This document shows, in pieces, positions 19,644 through 30,947 of a stretch of DNA of 64,000 bases (position 1 is the stretch's first letter; every line of letters begins with the position of its first letter). Source of the stretch: an uncultured Chloroflexia bacterium (GTDB lineage: Bacteria; Chloroflexota; Anaerolineae; Anaerolineales; UBA4823). A program made the position numbers and the translations under genes. The stretch is from positions 90,993-154,992 of the forward strand of contig CAVOSB010000037.1 of NCBI GenBank assembly GCA_963698765.1, given 5' to 3'. Below the pieces are notes generated by a model. The model was not told the origin of the DNA, did no database searches, and saw only the letters and a program-made list of their open reading frames with translations.

Positions 19644-21722
19644 TTGGATTTTGCCAGCCGCATTGTAAACCAGAAACAAGCTCCGCTGCCTGGATTATCT
19701 TCGACTCCCACTTCACCTCCCTGGGCTTCTACGATTGCCTTCACGACCGATAATCCTAACCCAGCTCCAGGTTTCGCTCGCTCATTTTCAGAGCGCGGGA
19801 GATTAAAACGTGTAAAGATTTCCTGGCGATATTCCGGTGAAATTCCTGGACCGTGGTCAGATATCAATACCCGGACCTTTCTGTCTCTTTCATTTGCTTG
19901 CAGTGTGATTTCTGAATTCTCCGGGCCATACTTGATTGCGTTTGAGAGCAGGTTAATCAACACCTGGACAGTTCGCCTGGGATCGCCATAGACCAGTGGA
20001 AGATCGAGTGGAATTTTCACTATCAGGTGCTGACCATGTTTTTCGAGCAACGGCGCTAAGGTCTGTTCGACATCCGAGATAATTTCCTCGATATCAAATG
20101 ACCTGGGTGTTACCCGGAAGCGCCTGGCTTCAATGCTGGAGCTTTCCAAGAGATTGTCGATCAAAGTCTCCAAACCCAGCACACCCAACTTCTGAGAGCG
20201 GATCAGCTCCATCACTTCACCGCTGTTGAAATCGGGAAACTGATCTTCCAACAGCTCAACAGATGCAGAAAGCGCAGAAAGTGGTGTTCGGAATTCGTGA
20301 GCGACATTGCTCAAGAATTGCCCTAGCAATCTATTTATTGCAACTTCTTCGGTGACATCACGGAAGACCAGAGCAATTTGCGAATTGCTGGCCTGGCTTG
20401 GGAAAAATTCCGCTCCCGAAATAGAGAGAGTAGCCTGCCTTTTTAATGCTAATTCCACATTGAGAAAATATTTCTCTCCTGGAGAGGGAAGATTTTCACT
20501 GAATACCCCATCTTTTTCGACAAGCTTGAAATAATCATCGACCGGATTGTGAAGCACTTCTTCTTTTTTCCAGCCGGTTATGCGTTCTGCCGCAGGACTG
20601 AAGAAAAGAATCTTGTTATTGGAATTGAGCGTTAAAATCCCTTCTGCTATCGCTTCCAGCAGATGTTCGATCCAATCTTGCTCAAGTTGAAGCTGACTTC
20701 ACCTTTTGACTCAGGTCCAATCTGGCATGCTCGTATGCGTCTGCCAGTTCGATCAACTCTTTGATTTTTGAATCAGTTGAGATTGGTGTCTTGATAAAAT
20801 CTGACCTGGAGCGAATAGCCTGTGAGGACAATTCTTCCAATGGTCTACTAATCCGGTGAGCGATCAGACTGCTCAAAAAAATGGAAATGCACAGAACTGT
20901 GAAAATCCCGGCGAGCATCAGCATGATTTGCTTTTGAGAGGATTTTAGAATCTCTTCCATTGGGAGTGCCAGAACACCTGTAAAACCATCACTTTTTACC
21001 GGGAAAGCGATCGCATAGTATGGTTTGTCGTCAATTGTGAATTTAAATGAATTGTTATCTGTCTGTGAATTAAGTGCTTCCGTTTCTATATATACATCAT
21101 CTAGGGCAGATCGTTCGGAGTCCAGGCTGGTAGCCAGGAAATTCCCATCTTTCAGAATAGAATAATCCAGACCGATTTCAGTCTGCATCGCAGCTGCAAA
21201 CCGATCATCGATCTTTTTACCTACAATTGCAGTACCAACCGCCTGCTCATTGATCAAAATTGGATGGGTCCTAAATAACCAGGCTTCTTCCGTTGGATTC
21301 TGGACAATCGTCAGGAAGTTCTGACGCAGGCATAGATGCAGATCTTCGAAATGGCGAGTCTCAACCAGGATTTTTCCTGCCTGGGTGCAAATCGTGATGG
21401 AATTGCTCTGGATACCGTCCTGTAAAGTTGACAGGTATGAAAGTAGAGCCAGCTGGTCGTCAAGCTGTATCAATTCCAGCAGACTAGGACGTTCAGCCAC
21501 CAGTTTTGCATTGTTGGCCAACTCGAATTCTTTCACTTCAAAAAGAGCATGGCTTGTCCTCGCACCCTGTTCGATTTGAGCCCAGATTTGTTTTTCAGTT
21601 TCGAATTGGATATACAGAATTGTCGGTATTCCGACGGCCAGAACTGAAAGCAAAGAAAGAAGAATCAGGTGGGATGAAATATGCGAGAAGAGGCTGCGCG
21701 GCCTGTTGAAAGGTAACATCAT
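19640..21722 (-). pseudogene. membrane sensor kinase (TM-sensor-HAMP-PAS-HisKA-HATPase), frame break near 20690
   Basis: ORF 20682-21722 is the two-TM sensor plus a HAMP-like segment. Hand translation across 20557-20700 gives QLEQDWIEHLLEAIAEGILTLNSNNKILFFSPAAERITGWKKEEVLHNPVDDY (PAS), in frame with ORF 19640-20557. That ORF carries the H-box [13 protein letters not shown] and the motifs LLSNAIKYG and GLGLSVV. Confidence 0.8.
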
Positions 21723-21919
21723 TTTTTATTGTACTCGCTAAGGTTTTTTTTGGGTAAAAACCTGTAGCGGTATGCGAAAACATTTATAAAGCTTTACCTA
21801 ATTTTTGTTCTAAACGGCTGCGTCTCACCGAAATTGGGGAACTGCTTTTTCGAGTAAAATAGCTAAGAGAAATCCACTTCATTCCAAAAAACTCAGGAGT
21901 TTACTCGGTTGTACCAATA

Positions 21920-22000
21920 ATGGCGCTTATTTTGGCAGCTGAAGCAAATCCATTTATCAAAATTGGTGGATTGGGAGACAATGCTGGTTCGTTGACTTAG
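21920..22000 (+). pseudogene. 5-prime remnant of a glycogen synthase (GlgA-type) gene
   Basis: Hand translation gives MALILAAEANPFIKIGGLGDNAGSLT then a stop. This matches the GlgA N-terminal E..P..K.GGL.D motif. I found no continuation in any frame before glgC. Confidence 0.35.
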
Positions 22001-22099
22001 GCATCACTCAATCTTTCGAAGCCTGAATTCCCTTAATTTATCGCGGTTCTGGGATCTAGCTTCAACAATGATCCTGAATAACAGAAAGGAGAAAGGCAG

Positions 22100-23364
22100 A
22101 TGGCTTATAGAATTCGTGCAGTTATACTGGCAGGTGGTGAAGGATCTCGCCTGGGGGTATTGACTGCAAAGCGTACCAAGCCAGCAGTTCCCTTTGCAGG
22201 AAAATATCGCATCATCGATTTCACATTGTCGAATTGCGTGAACTCCGATATATTCGATATTTTAATCCTGGCTCAATACCGGCCTCATTCATTAATCGAG
22301 CATATCGCAACCGGAGGTCCGTGGGATCTAAACAGGAATTTCACCGGTGGAGTAAGCATACATACTCCGTATAAGGGGCGTTCATCATCGGACTGGTATC
22401 TCGGAACTGCTGATGCCGTTCAGCAAAATTTCCTTTTCATAAAACGGGATTACCCGGATTTTGTATTAATCTCTCTGGAGACCACATTTACTCAATGGAT
22501 TTCAGACCACTCATTGAATACCATGTGCGGCACCAGGCTGATGCCACGATCGCTTCCCTCCAGGTGCCAGTGGATGAGGCATCACGGTTCGGAATCCTGG
22601 GTGTCGACAGTGAAAACCGTGTCACCTCATTTATAGAAAAACCCAAAGAACCGCTTTCTAATCTTGCCAATATGGGGGTTTATCTCTTCAACACCAAGAT
22701 CCTGGACCGTGCTCTTTGGGAAGACCGGGATCGTTCCGATTCTTTCCATGATTTTGGAAAAGATATATTGCCTAAATTAGTTAGTGAAGGCAATAAGATC
22801 TACAGCTTTCCGTATTCTGGTTATTGGGTGGATGTCGGGACCGATGACTCTGTATTGGCGGGCACATATGGATTTGCTTAATACCCTCCTCCGATTAATT
22901 TAAACGATCGGTCCTGGATTATTCACACCCGGACAGAAGAACGACCACCCTCACGTTTTGCCTCAGGTTCATCTGTTATGGATAGCCTGGTTAGCGATGG
23001 ATGCTATATCGCTCCTGGTGCGGTAGTGGAACGCAGTGTTTTGTCTCCTGGTGTCATTGTCCTCGAAAACGCGAGGATTTATGAATTGGTTATTTTGACG
23101 GATGCCGTTGTCAAACAAGGTGTGCAGGTCGCGAAGTCGGTTCTTGATAAGCGAGTAACAATCGAGCCTGACGCTCGCATCGGTGCTGTTGACGTGGATA
23201 GTCCCAAAATCACGATAATCGGAAAGAACTCCATCGTGATGCCAGGGATGGTGATCGAGCCAGGCGCGATCGTGGGACCAGATGTGGTTGATGTGGATTA
23301 TTCATCTGCGATTGTGCGGAGTGAAGATTTTGTCCAAACAAGTAGACTGCCTTATGAAATATAA
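22100..23364 (+). pseudogene. glgC: glucose-1-phosphate adenylyltransferase, three frame breaks (~22470, ~22850, ~22885)
   Basis: The sequence runs [35 protein letters not shown]..., then [18 protein letters not shown]..., then YWRAHMDLL, then PPINLNDRSWIIHTRTEERPP... and a left-handed beta-helix tail. These pieces are spread over ORFs 22100-22636, 22495-22881 and 22978-23364. Confidence 0.85.
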
Positions 23365-24893
23365 ACGCTCATCCGGCATATTACTTCACCCCACAAGCCT
23401 TCCAGGACCTTTTGGTATCGGTGATCTGGGTCCACAGGCTTACCGTTGGATCGATTTCCTTTCCGATGCCGGCTGCAGCTGGTGGCAGGTTCTCCCACTA
23501 GGCCCTACCGGTTATGGTGATTCGCCATATCAATCTTTCTCGGCATTTGCAGGGAATCCATACTTGATCAGCCCGCAGCTTTTGCTTTCCGAGAACCTGT
23601 TATCGGAGGAAGATCTGGGCGATCTGCCAAAATTTCCAGCCAAGCGGGTGGATTACGAGGCTGTTATTGGCTGGAAGAACAGAGTGCTTAATCGAGCTTT
23701 TGAGCGCACAATTCAACAACCGGATTGCACTTTAAGGCACTCCATCGATATTTTCAAGAAAGAGAACACCAGCTGGCTGGAGGATTTCGCAGTATTTATG
23801 GCCCTAAAAGACGTGCATGGCGGCTTACCATGGCATACATGGGAAACCAAATTACGCGACAGGGATCCTGATAAAATCAAACAAACCTCAAAAATTTATC
23901 ACGAAGCCATCCAGCGACATAATCTTAATCAATACCTGTTCTTTAAACAATGGAGAGACTTGCATTCTTACGCATTGAAGAAAAAAGTTCGGATAATCGG
24001 TGATTTACCAATTTTTGTTTCGCATGACAGTGCCGACGTGTGGGTGAATCCGGAGTTTTTCTACCTGAAGAAGAGCGGTAAACCGAAATTGGTTTCAGGA
24101 GTGCCGCCTGATTATTTTTCTCCTACAGGACAGATTTGGGGAAATCCCTTGTATCGCTGGAAAGTCCACCAGAGTACTGGTTTTAATTGGTGGATCTCAA
24201 GGTTTAGGATGGAATTAGCCCAATTTGACATGCTGCGATTGGATCATTTCAGGGGATTTGCTGGATATTGGGAGATTCCTGGAGATGCCGAGACAGCAGA
24301 TAATGGTCGATGGGTAAAGGCACCTGGGAATGCTCTTTTCAAGAAATTGAAACAAGAATTAGGTGATATACCAGTCATAGCAGAAGATCTGGGTGTGATA
24401 ACACCTGATGTGGAAGAGATGAGGAAGAAATTTGGATTTCCTGGAATGAAGATTTTGCTGTTTGCGTTTTCAGGCGATCCCCAGGATCCGTACCGCCCTC
24501 ATAACTACCCCAGAAATTGTGTGGCATATACCGGTACTCATGATAACGATACTGCACTTGGCTGGTATAAACGAGTTCCGGATGAGGAAAAGAAAATTCT
24601 GCCTGCAGTACATGAACCGAGATGGATCTGATTTCTCCTGGGATCTCATACGAACCTGCTGGTCATCCGTAGGGAATTTTGCCATAGCCCCCATGCAAGA
24701 TTTTCTGAACCTTGATAACCAGTCGCGCATGAATTATCCCGGAAATCCAAGTGGGAACTGGCAATGGAGAATGCAGGATACCGCAATAGATCTCGGGTTG
24801 GAAGAGCGCATCCGTGAAATCAATCGATTGTATGATCGATTTGAAATCTTGAAAATTGAAATTAGTTATTCAACGAAAAAATATTATCAGTGA
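23354..24893 (+). pseudogene. malQ: 4-alpha-glucanotransferase (amylomaltase), frame break at A-run 24593-24596
   Basis: MKYKRSSGILLHPTSLPGPFGIGDLG...PLGPTGYGDSPYQ...GTHDNDT lies in ORF 23282-24631. The tail (...FCLQYMNRDGSDFSWDLIR...PMQDFLNLD...MNYPG) lies in ORF 24462-24893. Removing one A restores DEEKKFCLQY. Confidence 0.85.
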
Positions 24894-26297
24894 ATCAGGA
24901 GTTGATCCAAAGCGGATGTCAGCTGCGCCAGCGTATTGGCTGTCAGGATGGCATCACAGTTTGGAGAGTAGCGCAGCATATCACTATCCCCGCTGTTCCA
25001 CAGAGCCGAAGCCTCTGGATTTATCCAGATTGCCCTCCTGCACCGTCTGGTAACTTTACGGAAAATTTCCAGTTGGGGATCATTATAGTTGTTCCGTCCA
25101 TCACCAACGACGATCAGCGTGGTACGACCATCGATGACTTCCAGATAATTGCGGTGGAAATCCTGCAGGCTCTTTCCCAGGTCTGTGTTGTAATATCCCG
25201 AAGGCATCCTTTCTAGTACATGGGAGACAGCCTGACGGGCGTCCTTGTTCGTAAAATCGGGAGAGATGAATTCCAGGTGATCGATGAAAGCAAATGCCAT
25301 TGTTCTGCTAATTTGGTCCTGCAGGTGATATAGAAGACTTAACATGAGTTCAGAACAATAACGCATCGATGTGCTGACATCGCAGATCACCACCAATTTA
25401 GGCTTCAGTGAGTGTTCGCGGTATTTCAGCTGAATTGGCACATTGCCGTGTTTCAGGTTCGCGTGGATCGTGCTTTTGGCATCCAATGATCCATTGCTGG
25501 CTTTCTTCATACGCAATGCAATCCGAGTCCTGAGTATTGAGGCCGAGGTGCTGCACTTCTTTGCGCAGTATTTCCATATCCTTATCGGATAATGTATTGA
25601 AAGGTCGATTAATTAATGCGTCCGCACTTCCTTCCTTGCGCTTGTTGGTCATGTTCTCTGCTATACGCTGACCGGAAAACTGGCGCAACTGTTCTACCAG
25701 CGCTCTCTGGTTAGCTTGCATCAACTGGACTAGTCGCTGAGAACGTTCTTTATTCATGCCAAGCTGCTGCAAGGTCTCTTCAAGCATTCGCAGGGCTTCT
25801 TGAACTTCCTTAAAGTGCAGTGCTCTTTTCATGCGCTGAACCATCCAATCCCGGTAGCGCATGTCATCCATCTGGTTCAGACCGATCATTTTAGACAATC
25901 GTTCTAATTCTTGCTGGCTGAGCATTTCACCCTTGAGCAGCCTTTCAAGCATCCGGCGTAATTGATCGTTTAGCTGTTCAATTCCTTTGGCGAATTGTTG
26001 AGCTTCTTCCGGGGTGATATCATCCGCAGCGCTCATGAATGTAGGGACATCACTATTTCCAAAAAAAATTGAAAATAATTCGTCGAATTTTGGTAAATTC
26101 TCGGCTTCTTTAACCAGGGTCGTTTGCAGGCTGAGACGGAATATCTCCCGGTTTTTTACCCCCATCTCTTCGACGGCTTTGAAAGCATCGGTACTTTCGG
26201 AAAGGCTGATCCGCAGCCCAGAAGATCTTAACGCAGTGATGAAGCGAGCAATTCGCTCTTCCATATTAGGAAATACCTGATAAGTATCAAAAAACAT
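24887..26297 (-). pseudogene. VWA-domain protein, CoxE-like, frame break near 25520
   Basis: The N-terminal helical part lies in ORF 25398-26297. The VWA core with MIDAS-like LVVICDVSTSM and LIVVGDGRNN lies in ORF 24887-25516. It sits downstream of a MoxR-type ATPase. Confidence 0.7.
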
Positions 26298-26340
26298 ACG
26301 CTTCAGGAAATTCTATACTGTCAAGATCACTAAATGTTAA

Positions 26341-27342
26341 TCAGTTCCGGGTTCGAGTTGTGCGCCAGTCCTCTTCGTCGGTGGGAAATCCGCTGACTGG
26401 TGGATTTTCAATCCACCTTTTGGCGCGTTGAAGGTCATTCTCATGCTTCAGCAGCACGCTCATAGTTGTGTTCAATGTGCTTTTATCGAGTTTGGTTGCA
26501 TTCAGCGCTACCAGGGCTTTTGCCCAATCAAGTGTCTCGCTGATACTCGGAGACTTTCGCAGATCCATGGTGCGCAGGCTCTGCACCATCTCGACTGCCT
26601 GCATGGCCAGTTTAGGTGACAATTCAGGCACCTTTAAACGCACCACAGCCATTTCCTGTTCGATTGAAGGATAATCGATAAACAAGTACAGGCATCTGCG
26701 TTTCAATGCTTCGCTCAGTTCGCGGGTATTATTACTGGTTAATACAACCAAAGGGCGATAGATGGCACTTAATGTTCCCAGTTCTGGTACACTCACCTGG
26801 AAATCACTTAATACTTCGAGCAGGAAGGCTTCGAATTCTGCATCGGCACGATCGATTTCGTCGATTAATAGGACAGTGGGTTGTTCGCTCAAAATAGCTT
26901 TTAATAACGGTCTCTGCAATAAGAAGCGCATGGAGAAAAAAACTTCTTCTTCATTCGCCAGCCTGTCTGCGGCGGCGGATAGGCTTTCCGTTCCAACCAG
27001 TGTCTCGTGAAGTTTTTCTCGCAGAAGCTGAGTGTATAGCAGCTGCTTTGCATACTCCCATTCATAAAGAGCCTTTGTTTCATCCAGACCTTCATAACAC
27101 TGCAGGCGTATCAGTTCCCGGCAGGTTGCGGAGGCAATCGCCTTGGCTAATTCTGTTTTTCCGACTCCAGCAGGTCCTTCCGTCAGAAGTGGTTTGCCTA
27201 GCTGCTGGCTTAGGTACATTATCGTGGCGATCTCATCGCCTGCAATATAATTCTGTTCTCCTAGTGCTGCCCTCAAATCCCCTGGAGATGAAAAACGGAT
27301 GGTTTTATCCACCGGCTTCATTTTCTGCCTTTTGAGGTTCAT
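26341..27342 (-). CDS. MoxR/CoxD-like AAA+ ATPase
   Basis: 333-aa ORF with Walker A (LLTEGPAGVGKT), Walker B (VLLIDEIDRA) and an AAA-lid region. The start could also be MKPVDK (27321). Confidence 0.8.
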   Translation of the reverse strand: MNLKRQKMKPVDKTIRFSSPGDLRAALGEQNYIAGDEIATIMYLSQQLGKPLLTEGPAGVGKTELAKAIASATCRELIRLQCYEGLDETKALYEWEYAKQLLYTQLLREKLHETLVGTESLSAAADRLANEEEVFFSMRFLLQRPLLKAILSEQPTVLLIDEIDRADAEFEAFLLEVLSDFQVSVPELGTLSAIYRPLVVLTSNNTRELSEALKRRCLYLFIDYPSIEQEMAVVRLKVPELSPKLAMQAVEMVQSLRTMDLRKSPSISETLDWAKALVALNATKLDKSTLNTTMSVLLKHENDLQRAKRWIENPPVSGFPTDEEDWRTTRTRN

Positions 27343-27517
27343 AACCCGGCGCAGCGCGCATTAACTCGGATTTTGAAACCCGGTTCACTCTACGGCAGTG
27401 AGGGCATGGAGCGTTGAAGTGGTTTAATTTTTCCAGATCAATTGTATCCAGTGCCGCATGGACCATTTCTTTATTCAAAGCGTAAGGTTTATGGCAGTGG
27501 TAGCAACGGATTTGCAT
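27305..27517 (-). CDS. small zinc-ribbon protein
   Basis: MQIRCYHCHKPY...NAPCPHCRRVN gives a CxxC...CxxC pattern. It overlaps the start of the MoxR gene. I chose the start at MQIRC, and the function is unknown. Confidence 0.5.
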   Translation of the reverse strand: MQIRCYHCHKPYALNKEMVHAALDTIDLEKLNHFNAPCPHCRRVNRVSKSELMRAAPGYEPQKAENEAGG

Positions 27518-27594
27518 AAAATCTCTCCTGTCGCCAGATCTACTTGATCGGGCATGAACTAAGCGCTGGTTATTATATCCCAAATTGGATATAG

Positions 27595-28173
27595 ATGGTT
27601 TATAATCCCATCATGCCGGGTTTCTACACCAGGAAAGGTGATTCAGGGTATACGGGGGTGTTGGGGGAAGGTCGCTTACCCAAGCACCACCCGCGTTTGG
27701 ATGCAATTGGTTCTGTCGATGAAGCTACAGCGGGATTAGGCGTTGCCCGCTCTCAATCGGTAGCCCCAGGGTTGAATAACATACTGGTAGTTATACAGAG
27801 AGACCTGTATCACTTAATGGGTGAAATCGCAGCCACACCTGAGAATGTGCAGAAATTCCGGGTAATAGATGCCAATAGAGTAAGATGGTTGGAAGAACAA
27901 ATCGATTTTTTAGGGGCAAAGATTGAAATGCCAAAGGACTTCATAGTTCCGGGCGATTCCCGATCTGGTGCCGCATTTGCTATGGCCCGTACCCTGGTGC
28001 GCCGGGCAGAGCGCAAGGTCAGCCATTTGTATCATGACAATCAAATCGACAACCTAGAGCTACTTCGTTACCTAAATAGATTGTCCTCCTTGTGTTTTAT
28101 TCTCGAGCTTGCTGAAAATCAGAACGCTGGGATCGCTTTCCCTACCCTGGCATCCAGCCAGGATCAGGGATGA
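27595..28173 (+). CDS. ATP:cob(I)alamin adenosyltransferase, PduO type
   Basis: YTRKGDSGYTGVLGEGRLPKHHPRLDAIGSVDEATAGLGVAR... is the PduO-type N-terminal signature. The start may be MPGFYT (27613). Confidence 0.8.
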   Translation: MVYNPIMPGFYTRKGDSGYTGVLGEGRLPKHHPRLDAIGSVDEATAGLGVARSQSVAPGLNNILVVIQRDLYHLMGEIAATPENVQKFRVIDANRVRWLEEQIDFLGAKIEMPKDFIVPGDSRSGAAFAMARTLVRRAERKVSHLYHDNQIDNLELLRYLNRLSSLCFILELAENQNAGIAFPTLASSQDQG

Positions 28174-28182
28174 AATTTGGTT

Positions 28183-28225
28183 AAAAAATGGCTCCGCTTA
28201 AAATCAACCTACTTATAGCGGAGCC
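28183..28225 (-). terminator. putative rho-independent terminator after the DsbA-like gene
   Basis: GGCTCCGC (28190-28197) pairs with GCGGAGCC (28218-28225). On the minus strand an ATTTTTT run follows (28183-28189). The 20-nt loop is long, so confidence is moderate. Confidence 0.5.
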
Positions 28226-28254
28226 AGTTGAGAAATTTCCAGTAACTCAGCAAA

Positions 28255-29004
28255 TTATTGATTGATTTGTGCCTCGACTGCGGCGGAAATCTCCTCAAAG
28301 CTCGGAACAAATCCCGGTTTGATGATCACCCCGTTAACAAAAACCGATGGGGTCCCTTTCACACCCATTTGCTGTCCAAGAGCTAGATCAGCATCAATTT
28401 CGGCTTTAAACCGGCGTTCATCCAAGCACTGGCTGAATTGCTCAGTGTCAAGGCTAAGTGAATCTGCGAACGCTTCCAGGCGGTTAATCGAGAATTCTCC
28501 GGAAACAAAATTCAAATTGGTAAATAATATGAGTTTATAATCCCAAAAGCGATCCTGCTCCGAAGCGCACATAACTGCGTGTGCTGCATTATCAGAATTT
28601 TTAATTGCCAGACCGTCATCCAGGAAAGGAAAATTTCTGTATGTATAGAATACTTTTCCCGTATCGACCAATTCTGAAATCACCAATGGCTCAATATTCT
28701 CGTTGAATCCCTGGCATGCTGAGCATTTAAAATCTTCAAATACATCTATCTTCACAGGTGCGTTGGGATCCCCTATCGACAAGCCATCCACATTCTGCAG
28801 GCTGCGGGGTGTCACACGTGTAAATTCTCCTACCGGTGCATTGTTCCGGGCAATAGCTGGAATTACCAGCAGCCCAACGAATAATGCCACCACCAGGACA
28901 ATCGCTCCAACAACCAATAAACGCTGTTGCCTGGCTTTACGGGCTCGCTCCTCCCTCACCTGCTGGCGCTTGGATTTCGTCTCTTGAACTTGTTTCTTTG
29001 CCAT
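28255..29004 (-). CDS. membrane-anchored DsbA-family thiol:disulfide oxidoreductase
   Basis: 249-aa ORF with a basic N-terminus plus a TM anchor, the redox motif FKCSACQ (CxxC) and the DsbA-like tail GVKGTPSVFVNG. Confidence 0.75.
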   Translation of the reverse strand: MAKKQVQETKSKRQQVREERARKARQQRLLVVGAIVLVVALFVGLLVIPAIARNNAPVGEFTRVTPRSLQNVDGLSIGDPNAPVKIDVFEDFKCSACQGFNENIEPLVISELVDTGKVFYTYRNFPFLDDGLAIKNSDNAAHAVMCASEQDRFWDYKLILFTNLNFVSGEFSINRLEAFADSLSLDTEQFSQCLDERRFKAEIDADLALGQQMGVKGTPSVFVNGVIIKPGFVPSFEEISAAVEAQINQ

Positions 29005-29123
29005 TATTTCTCCTGTCGCAACTTACTAACTTCAAAATACTTAGATCATGCCAGAACCTGACTGTATGCGCAGATTAGGGCAGAATTCTCCCACGAGTTG
29101 AGAAGTTTGTCCAGTGATGAATT

Positions 29124-29158
29124 CAAAAAAAGCCAGGATCAGAAAGTGTAGCCTGGCT
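29124..29158 (-). terminator. putative rho-independent terminator of the hydrolase gene
   Basis: On the minus strand AGCCAGG (29152-29158) pairs with CCTGGCT (29131-29137), followed by a T7 run (29124-29130). The stop codon (29139-29141) lies in the loop. Confidence 0.6.
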
Positions 29159-30009
29159 CATTGGAGGGGGGGTTGATGGTTCTCTTATTCAACCATTCAA
29201 GTAGATAGTTAATAACCATCTCCTTGCCAATTTCATTGTGTATCTCGTGATACATCTCTTCCCAAATCTTGAGCGTGCAAGTCTTCTCTGCAAGTCGAGC
29301 GAATTCGATCGAAGAATTCGGGAATGCTACCCGGTCTTTCTCACCATGGATCATTAAAAGCGGAGCTGGAAATTTGTTTGCATTTTCCCAGATCGAGGCT
29401 ATCTCATTTATCATTTCAAGGGCAAAACCTAATGATGCGTGATCATGAACTAATGGATCATTGATATAGCTGTTGACAATTTCAGGATCTCGCGAAAAGG
29501 GCATTAGGGTCGAGACCTGAAGGTATGGATAATCGTGGGATTACTCGACCCAGGATTTTAACCAGGGAAAGCTTGATTCTTTGGGTTTCCAAAGCGTTGT
29601 GCAGAGCCACTCCGGTGCAAATCACGCCGTTAAGCGGCGGATTTCGGCTCAATACATAAGAGATTGCAAGAATTGCTCCCAGGCTGTGACCATACAAGAA
29701 ATGCGGTTTGCTGAGCAAGTCAGGGATTGACAATAAAAATCCATCAATGTCCTTTAAGTATGTTTCATATGAGGGCGTATCACCGCGCTGGCCTTCTGAT
29801 TTTCCATGGCCGCGCAGATCAAAGGATTTTAAGGAGAATCCATTTTCAATGAGAAACTTGCCAAGATGAGCATACCGGCTGCTGTGTTCACCGAGGCCAT
29901 GCAGCAGGATAACCATACCCCTTTCCTGGGTGTCAGGTATCCAGCTTTGACAGAACAAACTCAAACCATCATGGGTGAGAATATGTTTTTCTAAATAATT
30001 TCGTTCCAT
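29139..30009 (-). pseudogene. alpha/beta hydrolase (lysophospholipase/monoglyceride lipase-like), frame break near 29495
   Basis: ORF 29482-30009 has HGLGEHSSRY and the nucleophile elbow GHSLGA. ORF 29139-29504 continues with RDPEIVNSYINDPLVH...MIHGEKD...YHEIHNE, which supplies the catalytic Asp and His. Confidence 0.75.
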
Positions 30010-30048
30010 GTGGATTTTGGTTTTCCGGGGGATTGATTGGCCAGGACT

Positions 30049-30924
30049 TCATTCAAGGGGGTGATTTTGTACCTCGTATTGGTAAATCGGATACTCTTCA
30101 CCAGAAAATATGAAACCAGCTTTCTTGTAAAGTGATAAAGACACCTGATTATCCTTCTGAGTATTCACAGTCACAACCAACGCACCTCTCCGAGCAAACT
30201 GGGCAAGCAAATCTGAAAGCAGGGCGGTGCCTAAGCCTTTCCCCTGGAATTCTGGTGATACTGCCAGGCGCGCCAGATGGCCACCCATGTGTGTTGGAGT
30301 GCTGATCTGGTAACCAGCGACCAAGCCATCTAACAATGCTACTGTGGCGATACCTGCCTGCCGGAAGGCAATCTCGAGGGTGTCGATAGAATTCTGCCAG
30401 ACGGGTACGAATGCACTCTGATCAATAAAGGAGATCGCGGCCAGATCATCCAATGTCATTGGTCGAACCGAAATCCCGATAGGAAGCGTGCCATTTTCGA
30501 TTGGCTGCTTTTGCCATTTCATCATAACAATATGGTGACTCACCTCGAAAAGGCTTTTTTCTAATAAATACTTGAACCAATTCTGGAGCGGAATCGCGGC
30601 TGCCCATTGGACACCTGGAATTTGAAGCAGTATGTCTTTAGCTTCGGACCAGATTTCTTCCCAGGCTATTTGAGGTCGTAATTGCCTCGAGGCAGCGAAC
30701 ATCTTGATCCAGGCAATCCTGGGTGGATCGGGTGGGCAAACCAGAGTTGATTCAATTTTCCCATCCCTTTCAAGAACGAGAAACGGTCGGCTCCCAATCC
30801 ATTCTAATGGTTCACGGTAATCAAGATGGCGGTGAACATAGGCATCGAAATGGACCAGCTGAGACAAGACTTTCATGTCTTGATGGTCAGCAGATCGAAT
30901 AATCCAATTTTTCTTCCCGAACAT
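30049..30924 (-). CDS. GNAT-family N-acetyltransferase (two-domain)
   Basis: 291-aa ORF. The C-terminal half has the acetyl-CoA motif LAVSPEFQGKGLGTALL. Confidence 0.7.
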   Translation of the reverse strand: MFGKKNWIIRSADHQDMKVLSQLVHFDAYVHRHLDYREPLEWIGSRPFLVLERDGKIESTLVCPPDPPRIAWIKMFAASRQLRPQIAWEEIWSEAKDILLQIPGVQWAAAIPLQNWFKYLLEKSLFEVSHHIVMMKWQKQPIENGTLPIGISVRPMTLDDLAAISFIDQSAFVPVWQNSIDTLEIAFRQAGIATVALLDGLVAGYQISTPTHMGGHLARLAVSPEFQGKGLGTALLSDLLAQFARRGALVVTVNTQKDNQVSLSLYKKAGFIFSGEEYPIYQYEVQNHPLE

Positions 30925-30947
30925 TAATGGGGGTCGTATCAGCAGAG

